Origin: Longimicrobiales bacterium
Lineage (GTDB): Bacteria > Gemmatimonadota > Gemmatimonadetes > Longimicrobiales > RSA9
Reading direction: 5' to 3'
DNA length: 64,000 nucleotides
Assembly: GCA_036377735.1 (NCBI GenBank)
Contig: DASUXU010000104.1
Span: 10,904-74,903 of the forward strand
Of the stretch, positions 18,336 through 28,177 are shown piece by piece; position 1 is the first letter of the stretch, and the number at the start of each line of letters is the position of its first letter. Under the pieces are notes generated by a model that had not been told where the DNA came from, did not search any database, and worked only from the letters and a program-made list of their open reading frames with translations. The translations under genes and the position numbers were made by a program.

Positions 18336-19237
18336 CAGCGAACCGTCAGATCCGGCATGATGCGGGCGAGCCGTCCGTCCGCTTCCTCCAGCCTCCGCTC
18401 AGCCTCCGCCTTGTCCACGTCGAACGTGCCCATCACCAGCGCGGTCTTCACATGGCCGTCCGCACCATCCAGAAGGGCGGCCGCGCGCGCCTCATCTACG
18501 CCAAGTGTCTCGCGCAGGATCCGCTCGCCGCGATCGCGCAGCTTGTTGCACGTGACCTGCAGGTCGATCATCAGATTGCCGTACACTTTGCCGAGCTGCA
18601 CCATCGCCGCCGTCGAGATGGTGTTGAGCACCATCTTCGTCGCGGTTCCCGCCTTCATGCGCGTCGAGCCGGTAATGACCTCGGGTCCCACGAGCGGCGA
18701 GATGACGACATCATGCTTCAGCGTGTACTCGGCCTTCGGATACGTGCACATGAGCAGGCCGGTGCGCGCGCCCCGCTCACGCGCGCGGTTCAACGCGCCG
18801 TGCACATAGGGCGTAGTCCCTGAGGACGCGATCCCGAGGACGAAATCGAAGCTGCCCACCGCGCGCTCGTCCATCGCGGCTGCGCCATCTTCCGGCACAT
18901 CCTCCGCCCCCTCCTGTGCCTCGACCAGGGCCGCGAGTCCGCCGGCGATCACACCCTGCACCATGGATGGATCGGTGCGATAGGTCGGCGGCATCTCGGA
19001 CGCGTCCAGGACGCCGAGGCGACCGGAGGTCCCGGCGCCGACGTAGATCAGGCGTCCGTCCTTGCGGAAGCAGTCGACCACGATCTCGATGGCGCGCGCA
19101 ATCTGCTCGCGCTCCTCATGCACCGCCGCGGCGACCATGCGGTCCTCGGCGTTGATCAGGTCCACGATCTCGAGCGGAGTGAGCTCGTCGATGCGCATAC
19201 TGCGCGGGTTGCGCTGCTCTGTGAGGCGGGGATCCAC
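18335..19237 (-). CDS. murQ: N-acetylmuramic acid 6-phosphate etherase
   Basis: SIS domain with the LTEQRNPRS...IDELT N-terminal motif. GTG start after GGAAGGA. TGATG overlap with anmK. Confidence 0.9.
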   Translation of the reverse strand: MDPRLTEQRNPRSMRIDELTPLEIVDLINAEDRMVAAAVHEEREQIARAIEIVVDCFRKDGRLIYVGAGTSGRLGVLDASEMPPTYRTDPSMVQGVIAGGLAALVEAQEGAEDVPEDGAAAMDERAVGSFDFVLGIASSGTTPYVHGALNRARERGARTGLLMCTYPKAEYTLKHDVVISPLVGPEVITGSTRMKAGTATKMVLNTISTAAMVQLGKVYGNLMIDLQVTCNKLRDRGERILRETLGVDEARAAALLDGADGHVKTALVMGTFDVDKAEAERRLEEADGRLARIMPDLTVR

Positions 19238-19264
19238 CTGGGTGCTTTCCTTCCGGGCACGAGC

Positions 19265-19294
19265 TTGCGACGGCTTCGCAGAGCCGGGTACATT
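19265..19294 (+). promoter_or_regulatory. candidate sigma70-like promoter for the M20/ggt genes
   Basis: TTGCGA, 18-nt spacer, TACATT, 32 nt upstream of ATG 19326. Confidence 0.3.
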
Positions 19295-19325
19295 GGCCCG
19301 ATTAACTTACCCTCACTGCGCGACC

Positions 19326-20507
19326 ATGACCAGCCTCCTCGAACAGGCACTCGACTTCGCCGGCGATCTCGTGGAACTCCGTCGCGACCTGCACCGCAAT
19401 CCCGAGCTCTCGTTCCAGGAACACCGGACCGCGGCCACGGCTGCGGACGCGGTCGAAGAACTCGGTTGGCGGGTCCGGCGGGGCGTCGGCGTGACCGGCG
19501 TCGTCGCGGAGCTGGGCAGCGGCGGACCGATGATCGCGCTCCGGGCCGACATGGATGCGCTGCCGATCCAGGAGGCCGGCGACGGTTCCTACCGCTCGAC
19601 CGTCCCCGGCGTCATGCACGCGTGCGGTCATGATGCGCATGTCAGCATGCTCGTCGGTGCCGCCCGGCTGATCACGGCGGCGCAGCGCGCGGGCCGCATG
19701 CCCGCGGGCACGATCAGGCTTCTGTTCCAGCCGTCGGAAGAGGCGAGCGACGCGGAGAACCGGAGCGGTGCCACCCGCATGGTGGCTGATGGCGCGATGG
19801 AGGGGGTGAGCGCAGTGTTCGGCGCACACGTCGGCGCGCACCTCGAGAGCGGCCGCGTGTTCCTCTCGCCGGGCAGCATCATGGCCGGGTCGGACGTGTT
19901 CACGGCGACAGTACACGGCCGGTCGTCGCACGCAGCCAGACCGCACGAAGGCATCGATGCCGTGGTCCTGGCGTCACACGTGGTGCTCGCGTGCCAGAAT
20001 GTCGTCGCGCGTGGACTGGCACCGAAGCAGGAGGGTGTTCTCACCATCGGCATGATCGGCGGCGGCGTCGCGGAGAACATCCTTGCCGAAGATGTCACGC
20101 TGCGCGGTACGGTGCGCTACTTCGATGAGGAAGTGCGACGTGTGCTGCATGAGGGCCTGCATCGATCCGCAGCCGTTGCGGATGCGCTCGGCGGCAGCAC
20201 CACACTCGACCTGCGGTTCGGCTATCCACCGGTCATAAATGATGCACGTGCGACGGAAACGGCGGCGCGCGCCGCGCGCGCCACACTCGGTAATGACGCT
20301 GTGGTATCGTTCGAGCCGATGATGGGCGCCGAGGACTTCGCCATCCTCGCGCGCGAAGCACCCGGCTGCTTCTTCTGGATCGGTGCGGCCCTCGAGCCGC
20401 CGCGCGAGCACCACCACCCGGCATTCGACATCGATGAATCCGTGCTTCCACGCGGCGCGGCGACCCTCGCCGCCTGCGCGCTCACAGCCCTGACCGACTT
20501 TGCCTGA
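19326..20507 (+). CDS. M20D family amidohydrolase (aminoacylase / hippurate hydrolase type)
   Basis: LHRNPELSFQE, MHACGHDAH and FQPSEE motifs. Start at ATG 19326 (residue 89 of the track ORF). Confidence 0.85.
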   Translation: MTSLLEQALDFAGDLVELRRDLHRNPELSFQEHRTAATAADAVEELGWRVRRGVGVTGVVAELGSGGPMIALRADMDALPIQEAGDGSYRSTVPGVMHACGHDAHVSMLVGAARLITAAQRAGRMPAGTIRLLFQPSEEASDAENRSGATRMVADGAMEGVSAVFGAHVGAHLESGRVFLSPGSIMAGSDVFTATVHGRSSHAARPHEGIDAVVLASHVVLACQNVVARGLAPKQEGVLTIGMIGGGVAENILAEDVTLRGTVRYFDEEVRRVLHEGLHRSAAVADALGGSTTLDLRFGYPPVINDARATETAARAARATLGNDAVVSFEPMMGAEDFAILAREAPGCFFWIGAALEPPREHHHPAFDIDESVLPRGAATLAACALTALTDFA

Positions 20508-20523
20508 CGAACGGATCACGCAT

Positions 20524-22296
20524 ATGAATCTTCGAATCCGCACGGCTGCGGCCGCGCTGCTCTTCCTGCTTCCGGTTCTGGTGCCGGCATGTGCACCCGC
20601 CGCGTCGCGCGTGTCGCAGATGGATCCCGCCGCCGTTGCGGCCGCAATCCCCGCGAACTGGGCGTTCGGCAGCGCACCTGTGGTGACGTCGGCGCCGAAT
20701 GCGATGGTCGTGACGGACGCGCCGCTCGCCACCGAGACCGGTGTCGCGATTCTGCGCGCGGGCGGCAACGCAGTCGACGCTGCGGTTGCGACGGCGTTCG
20801 CCCTCGCGGTCGTGTATCCCGAGGCGGGCAACATCGGCGGCGGCGGGTTCATGGTGACGCGTCTCGCCGACGGCACCGTGGCGGCGCTCGACTTCCGCGA
20901 GGAGGCGCCGGGCGCAGCCACGCGGGACATGTTCCTCGATGCGCAGGGCAGACCCACCGAGCGATCGATCACAGGACATCTTGCCTCGGGCGTTCCAGGC
21001 GCAGTTGCAGGGCTGTGGACGGCGCACCAGCGCTTCGGAAAGCTGCCGTGGAAGGACGTAGTCGCGCCGGCGATCGCTCTCGCGGAGAACGGTTTCACGG
21101 TCGACCGCGAGCTTGCGGGCTCCGTGCGCGATGCGGCCGAGCGGATCGCGCAGTTTCCGGGTGCCGCGGCACTGCTGCTGCCGAATGGTCAACCGATCGC
21201 GCAGGGATCGCAGTGGCGCAATCCGGACCTCGCCGCGGTGCTGCGTCGCATCGCGGACCGCGGACCTGCAGGATTCTACGAGGGTGAGACCGCGGACCTC
21301 ATCGTTGCGGAGATGCGCCGGGGCGGCGGCATCATCACGCAACAGGATCTGAAGAACTACCGCGCGAAGTGGCGCGAGCCGGTGCAGTTCGACTATCGCG
21401 GCCACCGCGTGATCGCGATGCCGCCCGCGTCGTCGGGCGGTGTCACGCTCGGCCTGATCGCCAACATCCTCGAGGGTTACGACCTCAACGCGCTGGGATG
21501 GCATTCGCCTGCGGCGCTGCACCTGACGGCCGAAGCCATGCGACGCGCGTTCGCCGATCGCAACGCGTTGCTCGGCGATCCCGACTTCGTTTCGGTACCG
21601 ATGCAGCGGCTCACCGCGCAGAGCTACGCAGACAGCCTGCGCAGCACCATCGATCCCGCGCATGCGACGCCGTCCAGCCAGGTGCGGCCCGGACTCGGAG
21701 AGGTGCCGGAGCCGACACACACGACGCATTTCTCCATTGTGGATGCGAACGGCAACGCCGTCGCACTCACCACCACGATCAACGAGCTGTACGGGTCGGG
21801 CGTGGCGGTTGCGGGGGCGGGGTTCTTCCTCAACGACGAGATGGATGACTTCACGTCGAAGCCGGGCGAGCCGAACATGTTCGGCCTGGTTCAGGGTGCG
21901 GCGAACGCCATCGTGCCCGGCAAGCGCATGCTCTCCGCGATGACGCCGACCATCGTGCTCGATCGCGACGGCTCGCCTCTGCTCGTCACCGGCGCGCGGG
22001 GTGGGCCGCGCATCATCACCGCGGTGGCGCAGGTGCTGATCAACGTCATCGACTACGACTTCGACATCGGCACGGCCGTCTACGCACCCCGCATCCATCA
22101 CCAGCACCTGCCGGACGCGCTGCTGACGGAGCCAAGCGGCTTTACATCTGCGACGACGGACGCGCTCCGGGCCATGGGGCACACCGTCCAGCCGCGCAAC
22201 GGCTATGTCGGAACCGCACCGTCGATCCTGCGCCGTGGCGGTGTGTGGACCGCAGTGCCGGATCCTCGCACCGGCGGTTCAGCCGCGGGATACTGA
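20524..22296 (+). CDS. ggt: gamma-glutamyltranspeptidase
   Basis: Signal peptide, GNIGGGGFM, and the autoprocessing Thr motif (TTHFSIVD). Length is typical. Confidence 0.9.
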   Translation: MNLRIRTAAAALLFLLPVLVPACAPAASRVSQMDPAAVAAAIPANWAFGSAPVVTSAPNAMVVTDAPLATETGVAILRAGGNAVDAAVATAFALAVVYPEAGNIGGGGFMVTRLADGTVAALDFREEAPGAATRDMFLDAQGRPTERSITGHLASGVPGAVAGLWTAHQRFGKLPWKDVVAPAIALAENGFTVDRELAGSVRDAAERIAQFPGAAALLLPNGQPIAQGSQWRNPDLAAVLRRIADRGPAGFYEGETADLIVAEMRRGGGIITQQDLKNYRAKWREPVQFDYRGHRVIAMPPASSGGVTLGLIANILEGYDLNALGWHSPAALHLTAEAMRRAFADRNALLGDPDFVSVPMQRLTAQSYADSLRSTIDPAHATPSSQVRPGLGEVPEPTHTTHFSIVDANGNAVALTTTINELYGSGVAVAGAGFFLNDEMDDFTSKPGEPNMFGLVQGAANAIVPGKRMLSAMTPTIVLDRDGSPLLVTGARGGPRIITAVAQVLINVIDYDFDIGTAVYAPRIHHQHLPDALLTEPSGFTSATTDALRAMGHTVQPRNGYVGTAPSILRRGGVWTAVPDPRTGGSAAGY

Positions 22297-22321
22297 TCGT
22301 TCTGCGGCCCGCCGGACGGCG

Positions 22322-22356
22322 CAAAAAACAAAGGGCCGGGATTCCTCCCGGCCCTT
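22322..22356 (-). terminator. rho-independent terminator of the minus-strand lipoprotein gene; may also stop ggt transcripts
   Basis: Perfect 11-bp stem (AAGGGCCGGGA / TCCCGGCCCTT) with loop TTCC, followed on the minus strand by TGTTTTTTGC. Confidence 0.8.
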
Positions 22357-22419
22357 CGCGCTTCAGGCGTAATGCGTGCGTGCGTTTTCGGCCGCCTGAA
22401 GTCAGTCTTACCCAGCCTG

Positions 22420-23289
22420 TCAGATCACCCGCCGCACCTCCACCGGCGAATCGAGTCTGATGACCATCTCGGAACCTGCGGGCAGCACCACGTCCACATC
22501 CGCGGTTCCCATTGCGATCGCCGTACCTGCAGCAGCACCGATGACGGCACCCTTGATCGTGCTCCGCGTGTCCTTGCCGATCACGCGGCCGAGGATTGCG
22601 CCCGCCGCTGCACCAGCACCGATCTTCGTCGCATGCTGTGTCGCAGTAGTGCGGTTCTTCCGCTCGGGGTTCGCGCGAACCACCGTCGCATCGAGCGGAT
22701 AGCTCCTGCCGCCAAAGGAAACGGATTCGAATGCCATCGCGATCACGCCGGTCGCACCGACATGGCCGGACTTGTCCACCTGTGTCAGCCGGCCGCGGAT
22801 CGTCGCGCCTGCCGGGATCACGATCTCACCGTTCGACCCGCGTAACGCGTCCTGCAGTGTCGCGCTGAACGTATCACCCACGCGGTTGCGCTCCGTCGAC
22901 AGTGTCTCGTTCATGGTCACGGCCATCGTCGTACCGCTCGGTGCGGATACTGTGACTGCGCGCGGCGCGGGTGCCGGATCGGGCTGGCGCGGGCGCGGCG
23001 TCGGGACCGGCGCGGGATCACGCGGTGGGGTCGCACGTGGTGTCGGCTTCGGCGTCGGACGGGGCGGCGCCTTCACATCCGGCTCAGGCTCCCGGTCCGC
23101 CGGCTTCGGCGTCGGCGCGTCGGCGATCACGCGCACGTTGGTCGAATCATCCTGGAGCGCGAGCTCGAGCTGGCGGTCCATCTCATCGGCGCGCAGCGCT
23201 TCGCGCTCGTCGCCACCGCCGCAGGCCGCGAGCCCGCTCACCAGGGGGATGGCCAGCAGCAGTGCAAGTCGCCGTGTATTCTTTATCAT
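22420..23289 (-). CDS. lipoprotein with a Pro-rich linker and a C-terminal glycine-zipper region
   Basis: Lipobox (VSGLAAC), a Pro-rich tract (PRPTPKPTPRATPP...), and a Gly-zipper (GAGAAAGAILGRVIG...GAVIGAAAGTAIAMG). Confidence 0.75.
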   Translation of the reverse strand: MIKNTRRLALLLAIPLVSGLAACGGGDEREALRADEMDRQLELALQDDSTNVRVIADAPTPKPADREPEPDVKAPPRPTPKPTPRATPPRDPAPVPTPRPRQPDPAPAPRAVTVSAPSGTTMAVTMNETLSTERNRVGDTFSATLQDALRGSNGEIVIPAGATIRGRLTQVDKSGHVGATGVIAMAFESVSFGGRSYPLDATVVRANPERKNRTTATQHATKIGAGAAAGAILGRVIGKDTRSTIKGAVIGAAAGTAIAMGTADVDVVLPAGSEMVIRLDSPVEVRRVI

Positions 23290-23452
23290 TCAGTGCCTCA
23301 CTCGCTTGAGCACGCCTGTCGCGGTGGATACGTTGCGGACAGTGCGTCATCGAAACCGGAGCACCGGAGGAGCAACCGATATGCCATGCGCCACCACTGG
23401 AATTTTGGCGTGAACACGCGGTTTTTTCGCACGCTGACCAGTTCGGTGTCCC

Positions 23453-25216
23453 ATGCGTGAGCTGCAGAGTGTCCTCCCGTATGTACACCGCTACAGGATG
23501 GGACTGCTGCTCGGCCTCCTCTTCATTGCCCTCTCCAATGCCGCACCCACCGCGACCCCCTGGCTGATCGGCCTCGCCATTGATGCGGCCCGGATGGACG
23601 GCGCCACCTTCGGCCGCGTCGCATGGCTCGCGCTGCTCATCATCATCGTGAACGTGCTGAACGGCTTCGCCAGGTTCGGGATGCGACGAATGATGAACGG
23701 CATCAGCCGCCAGATCGAGAATGACCTGCGAGACGACTTCTTCGCCCACCTCGTTCGTCTGGACAGTGCGTTCTACGGGACGACGCGGACCGGTGACCTC
23801 ATGAGCCGGGCGACCAACGATACGCAGGCGGTCCGGATGGCCGTCGGACCCGGCATCATGTACCTCGTGAATACGACTGTCACGACCGCGGTATCCCTTG
23901 CGCTCATGCTGCGCTACAGCGTGTCGCTCGCCCTCATCGCCATCGTACCGCTCGCACTCCTGCCGTTCGTCATGATCCATTTCGGGCGACGGATACATCG
24001 GCAGTTCGACCGGATCCAGGAGCAGTTCGGCACACTCTCGACGATGGTGCAGGAGAACCTGGCAGGCGTACGCATCGTGCGGGCATACGTCCAGGAGCAG
24101 GCGCAGGCAGACGAATTCGAGTTGCTGAACCGGACCTACATGAAGCAGAACATGGATCTCGCCCGCACGAGCTCCGTATTCCACCCGCTTCTCACGCTTC
24201 TTACCGGAATTGGTCTCCTGCTCGTGCTCTGGTTCGGCGGGAGGGAGGTCATCGCCGGTACGCTTTCGGAGGGAGACTTCGTCGCGTTCAGCACCTACCT
24301 CGTCATGCTGACATGGCCGATGATCGCGCTCGGGTGGGTCGTGAACCTGTTCCAGCGCGGCGCCGCGTCCATGGCGCGCATCGACCGCATCATGCACACG
24401 CGGCCGCTCGTCACGGAGGCGGATGATGCCGCACACGTCGAGATCCGCGGCCGCATCGAATTCAGGAACGTGTCCTTCCGCTACCCCGGCACGGACCGGC
24501 CCGTTCTCGAGGATGTGTCGTTCGTAATAGAGGAAGGTACGACGACCGCCATCGTGGGACCGACCGGGTCGGGGAAATCCACCATCGTGGCCCTGCTGAC
24601 GCGCCGGTATGACCCCGACAGCGGCACGATCTTCATCGACGACGTGCCGCTCATGCGCCTGCCGCTCGCCACTCTGCGCGCCGCCGTCGGTGTCGTCCCC
24701 CAGGAAGCATTCGTCTTCTCCGAGTCCATCCGCGACAACATCGGTTTCGGACTATCGGATGGAGCCGTGGACGGCGCCCCACTTCCGGGCGAGGACCCCG
24801 TCGTCCGCGCGGCCGCCGTCGCACAGCTCACCGACACGGTTTCGGCCTTCCCGGACGGCTTCGAAACACGGCTCGGCGAGCGAGGAGTCAACCTCTCCGG
24901 CGGACAGCGCCAGCGCACGACCCTCGCACGCGCGATCGCCCGCGATCCCCGCATCCTGATCCTGGACGACTCGCTCAGTGCCGTGGACACCCATACCGAA
25001 AAGCGCATCCTCGATGCGCTCCGCGATGAGCTCGATCGCAGGACCGCCGTCATCGTGAGCCACCGCGTCAGTGCCGTCATGGAAGCCGTCCAGATCCTCG
25101 TCCTGGACCACGGCCGGATCGTCGAACGAGGCAGCCATCCGGAGCTCATCGCAGCCGGCGGCCTCTACGCCACATTGCTCCGCCGGCAGCTTCTCGAGGA
25201 GACACTGGCTTCCTGA
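23453..25216 (+). CDS. ABC transporter, fused permease/ATPase (MsbA / multidrug exporter type)
   Basis: Six-TM N-domain, Walker A (GPTGSGKST), signature (LSGGQRQR) and Walker B (ILILDD). Confidence 0.9.
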   Translation: MRELQSVLPYVHRYRMGLLLGLLFIALSNAAPTATPWLIGLAIDAARMDGATFGRVAWLALLIIIVNVLNGFARFGMRRMMNGISRQIENDLRDDFFAHLVRLDSAFYGTTRTGDLMSRATNDTQAVRMAVGPGIMYLVNTTVTTAVSLALMLRYSVSLALIAIVPLALLPFVMIHFGRRIHRQFDRIQEQFGTLSTMVQENLAGVRIVRAYVQEQAQADEFELLNRTYMKQNMDLARTSSVFHPLLTLLTGIGLLLVLWFGGREVIAGTLSEGDFVAFSTYLVMLTWPMIALGWVVNLFQRGAASMARIDRIMHTRPLVTEADDAAHVEIRGRIEFRNVSFRYPGTDRPVLEDVSFVIEEGTTTAIVGPTGSGKSTIVALLTRRYDPDSGTIFIDDVPLMRLPLATLRAAVGVVPQEAFVFSESIRDNIGFGLSDGAVDGAPLPGEDPVVRAAAVAQLTDTVSAFPDGFETRLGERGVNLSGGQRQRTTLARAIARDPRILILDDSLSAVDTHTEKRILDALRDELDRRTAVIVSHRVSAVMEAVQILVLDHGRIVERGSHPELIAAGGLYATLLRRQLLEETLAS

Positions 25217-25270
25217 GCCTCCCATCGCGCCCCTTGCCCGGCGCCTCCTTCAACGGTACTATATCGTTGA

Positions 25271-25669
25271 ATGATCAACACTTCCGACCGCTCAATCCTC
25301 CTCGTCGAAGATGACCCCCTCCTGCGGCACGCATTCCGTCTGCTCCTGGAAGACGCGGGTTATCGTGTACACGAGGCAGGCACCGCACAGCAGGCGTTGA
25401 CTGCCGCGGCTGCCGAAAAGCCACGCCTCGTTTTGCTCGACCTGGGGCTGCCGGACCGCCCGGGTCTCGAGGTTGCACGCGAGCTGATCGCGGACCCGAG
25501 CACGCGGCATGTGCGGATCGTGGCGCTGACGGGCCGGGTGGGGACGCGGGAGCGGCAGGAATGCCTGGACGCGGGCTGCACGCACTACTTCACGAAGCCG
25601 ATCGAGCCTCGCGAGCTTCTGCGTCAGCTGCCCGGCCTGATGGAGCCCCGAGCGGACCCCCTTCCCTAG
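25271..25669 (+). CDS. stand-alone response-regulator receiver protein (CheY-like)
   Basis: Canonical receiver residues are present: VEDD, LLDLGLPD, ALTG, TKP. Confidence 0.85.
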   Translation: MINTSDRSILLVEDDPLLRHAFRLLLEDAGYRVHEAGTAQQALTAAAAEKPRLVLLDLGLPDRPGLEVARELIADPSTRHVRIVALTGRVGTRERQECLDAGCTHYFTKPIEPRELLRQLPGLMEPRADPLP

Positions 25670-26394
25670 AGTCTTTCGAGCAGGAACTGCGGTGTGAACC
25701 GGAGGAAGTATCCGGAGAGCACCGTGAACGACCCGGTGATCAGCAGGACCCCCATCACAATGAGCAGCGCCCCGGATACCTTTTCGACAGCGGGCGCAAT
25801 CTGCCTGAATCGGCGTGAAGCGCCGAGGAAGCGTTCGGTTGCGAGTGCGGCGGCGGCGAACGGGAGTGCGAGGCCGAGCGCGTAGGCGCCGAGCAGCAGC
25901 ATTCCGTCTGCGACGGTGTCGCGGGTGGTGCCGAGAGTCAGGAGCGCACCGAGCACTGGTCCGAGACAGGGAGTCCATCCGGCACCGAAGGCGAGGCCAG
26001 CGGCGAATGCGCCGAAGCGGCCCGCGGGGGTGCCGGCCAGGTGAATGCGGCGTTCGCGCATGAGGGGGGCCAGCCGGAAAGCACCGAGGAGGTGGAGACC
26101 GAGCAGGATGATGAGGACACCGCCGATGCGGGCGATCCATTCCTTGTTGCGCAGCAGGACCTGTCCGAGGAGTGTGGCGGACGCGCCGAGCAGGATGAAG
26201 ATGGCGGTGAAGCCGAGAATGAAGAAAAGTGCTGGCACGAGCACTGCACGAGGCTGATGCCCACTGCGCAGATCATCGAGCGACATGCCGGTGATGAAGC
26301 CGAGGTACCCCGGAACGATCGGCAGGACACAGGGTGAGAGAAAAGACAGCAGGCCGGCCGCGAAGGCTACGGCGATAGTTATCGGTCCGTCCAT
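25666..26394 (-). CDS. ccdA: cytochrome c biogenesis thiol:disulfide transporter CcdA (DsbD family)
   Basis: LSFLSPCVLPIVPGY and GAGWTPCLGP motifs; six TM segments. Confidence 0.88.
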   Translation of the reverse strand: MDGPITIAVAFAAGLLSFLSPCVLPIVPGYLGFITGMSLDDLRSGHQPRAVLVPALFFILGFTAIFILLGASATLLGQVLLRNKEWIARIGGVLIILLGLHLLGAFRLAPLMRERRIHLAGTPAGRFGAFAAGLAFGAGWTPCLGPVLGALLTLGTTRDTVADGMLLLGAYALGLALPFAAAALATERFLGASRRFRQIAPAVEKVSGALLIVMGVLLITGSFTVLSGYFLRFTPQFLLERL

Positions 26395-28162
26395 GTCCTC
26401 TCCGAGCAGGTGGAAGCGGCTGCGTCACCGGCTGTACCACGCCTATTACCGCTTCAAGTATTTTCCGTTCGCCGCCGAGCGCCGCATGCGGCAGGAGCGC
26501 GCCGACCGCGGCTTTATCGTCCTTCAGATCGACGCGCTCTCCTGCGACGACCTGCTGCAGGCTGTCGAGAAGGGCTACGCTCCGAACCTGAAGAAGCTGC
26601 TCCACCGCGAGGACTGGGAGCTGCGCCCCTATTCCGCGGGCCTGCCGAGCGCGACCCCGGCCGCACAGGCGGCCATCTTCTTCGGCACCAAGGAAGATAT
26701 CCCTGCATTCCGGTTTTACGAAAAAGCGGACCGGCGGCTGATCGTGGGATCGAAGCCGGCCGATGTCCAGCGAATCCGCGACCGGCTGCCCCGGTCCGGC
26801 ATCCTGGACGGCGGCTCGGGCTACGTGAACATCTACGATGGCGGCGCGGACAGGGCGGTGTTTACAATCGCCGCGAAGGAGCCGCAGCGCTTTCTCCAGA
26901 AGATGGGCGGCGGCCGGCTCGCACTGCTGCTGCTCGTCCATCCGCTCCGGGTCCTGCGGCTCCTCGTCGCCAGTGTGTGGGAATACCTGCGTGAGGAAGT
27001 GCTGCGGCTGTGGAGCCAGATCCGCGGGCAGTACACTTACCACTGGTGGTATCTGCCCTTTCTTCACATTGCGACCAACGTCGTATTGCGTGAGCTCCAG
27101 ACGCTCGCGGTGCTGCTGGACATCTATGCCGGTGTGCCGTCGATCTACACGACGTACAACGTGTACGACGAGTTTGCGCATCACTATGGCCCGCAATCCC
27201 GCACTGCCTACAGCTCCGTTGCATCATTCGACCGGCGTGTCGGCGAGATCCGTCGGATGCTGCGACGGGTGCCCGGTCGTCCCTACGACCTCTATATCCT
27301 GAGCGACCACGGCCAGACACCATCGATACCGTACCGCGTCGCATATGGTGAAACGCTGGGAGAAACGATTGTCGGCGCCGCTGAGCACGGCGTCTTCGTG
27401 ATGGCCGGCCGCGGCGACTACGCACCCGAGCGCGAGGAGATCATGGACTTCCTCGTTCAGGAGCTGGAGGAGGTTTCTGCGGAGTCCATGCTGCCGGCGC
27501 GTGAGGCGGGACTCGGTCTCGGGCGCTGGATCCGTCGCCACTACAATCCGTTCCCGCTGGTTGCAGAGACTGCGCGGGAGTCCGAGGACACGCGACTCGT
27601 CGTGACCTACTCATCATCGCTCGCGCACGTCTACTGGACCGAGCCCGATCACCCCCTCACACTCGAGGAAATCCGCGAGGATCGCGACCGGCGCAGTCTC
27701 TACTACTTCCTGGTCGCGCACGGCGGCATCGGCTGTGTGATTACGCGCATGCTGGACGGCGCGCACGTCGAGAACATGCGCGGCCGCGCGCTCGTCACCG
27801 CCGCTGGCGATCTCGAGATCCTGGACGGCGAGAATCCGCTTCAGGACTATGCGGACACGCCTGCGGAACAGCGCGCGGTTGCGGACCTGGTGCGGATGAA
27901 GAACGCGGGGGACATGATCCTCTTCGGTGCGTACGATCCGGAGAAGCAGCAGTGCATCTGCTTCGATGACCAGATTGGTGCACATGGCGCGCTGGGCGGG
28001 CGGCAGGCGTGGCCGTTCATCATGGCGCCGCGCGGCCTCGTCCCGGAAGGCTATGTGATCGAGGATCCGCTCGACCTGCACCCACTCTTCCGCCGGTATA
28101 CAAACGAGCCGGAGGACGAATCCATCCGGCTCGTTACAGAGGAGCGACGCGCGACCACGTAG
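26393..28162 (+). CDS. alkaline phosphatase superfamily protein (nucleotide pyrophosphatase/phosphodiesterase-like)
   Basis: YILSDHGQTPS motif. Start set to ATG 26393 (residue 37 of the track ORF). ATG 26486 is an alternative. Confidence 0.6.
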   Translation: MSSPSRWKRLRHRLYHAYYRFKYFPFAAERRMRQERADRGFIVLQIDALSCDDLLQAVEKGYAPNLKKLLHREDWELRPYSAGLPSATPAAQAAIFFGTKEDIPAFRFYEKADRRLIVGSKPADVQRIRDRLPRSGILDGGSGYVNIYDGGADRAVFTIAAKEPQRFLQKMGGGRLALLLLVHPLRVLRLLVASVWEYLREEVLRLWSQIRGQYTYHWWYLPFLHIATNVVLRELQTLAVLLDIYAGVPSIYTTYNVYDEFAHHYGPQSRTAYSSVASFDRRVGEIRRMLRRVPGRPYDLYILSDHGQTPSIPYRVAYGETLGETIVGAAEHGVFVMAGRGDYAPEREEIMDFLVQELEEVSAESMLPAREAGLGLGRWIRRHYNPFPLVAETARESEDTRLVVTYSSSLAHVYWTEPDHPLTLEEIREDRDRRSLYYFLVAHGGIGCVITRMLDGAHVENMRGRALVTAAGDLEILDGENPLQDYADTPAEQRAVADLVRMKNAGDMILFGAYDPEKQQCICFDDQIGAHGALGGRQAWPFIMAPRGLVPEGYVIEDPLDLHPLFRRYTNEPEDESIRLVTEERRATT

Positions 28163-28177
28163 CGGTAGCGGGCGTGT

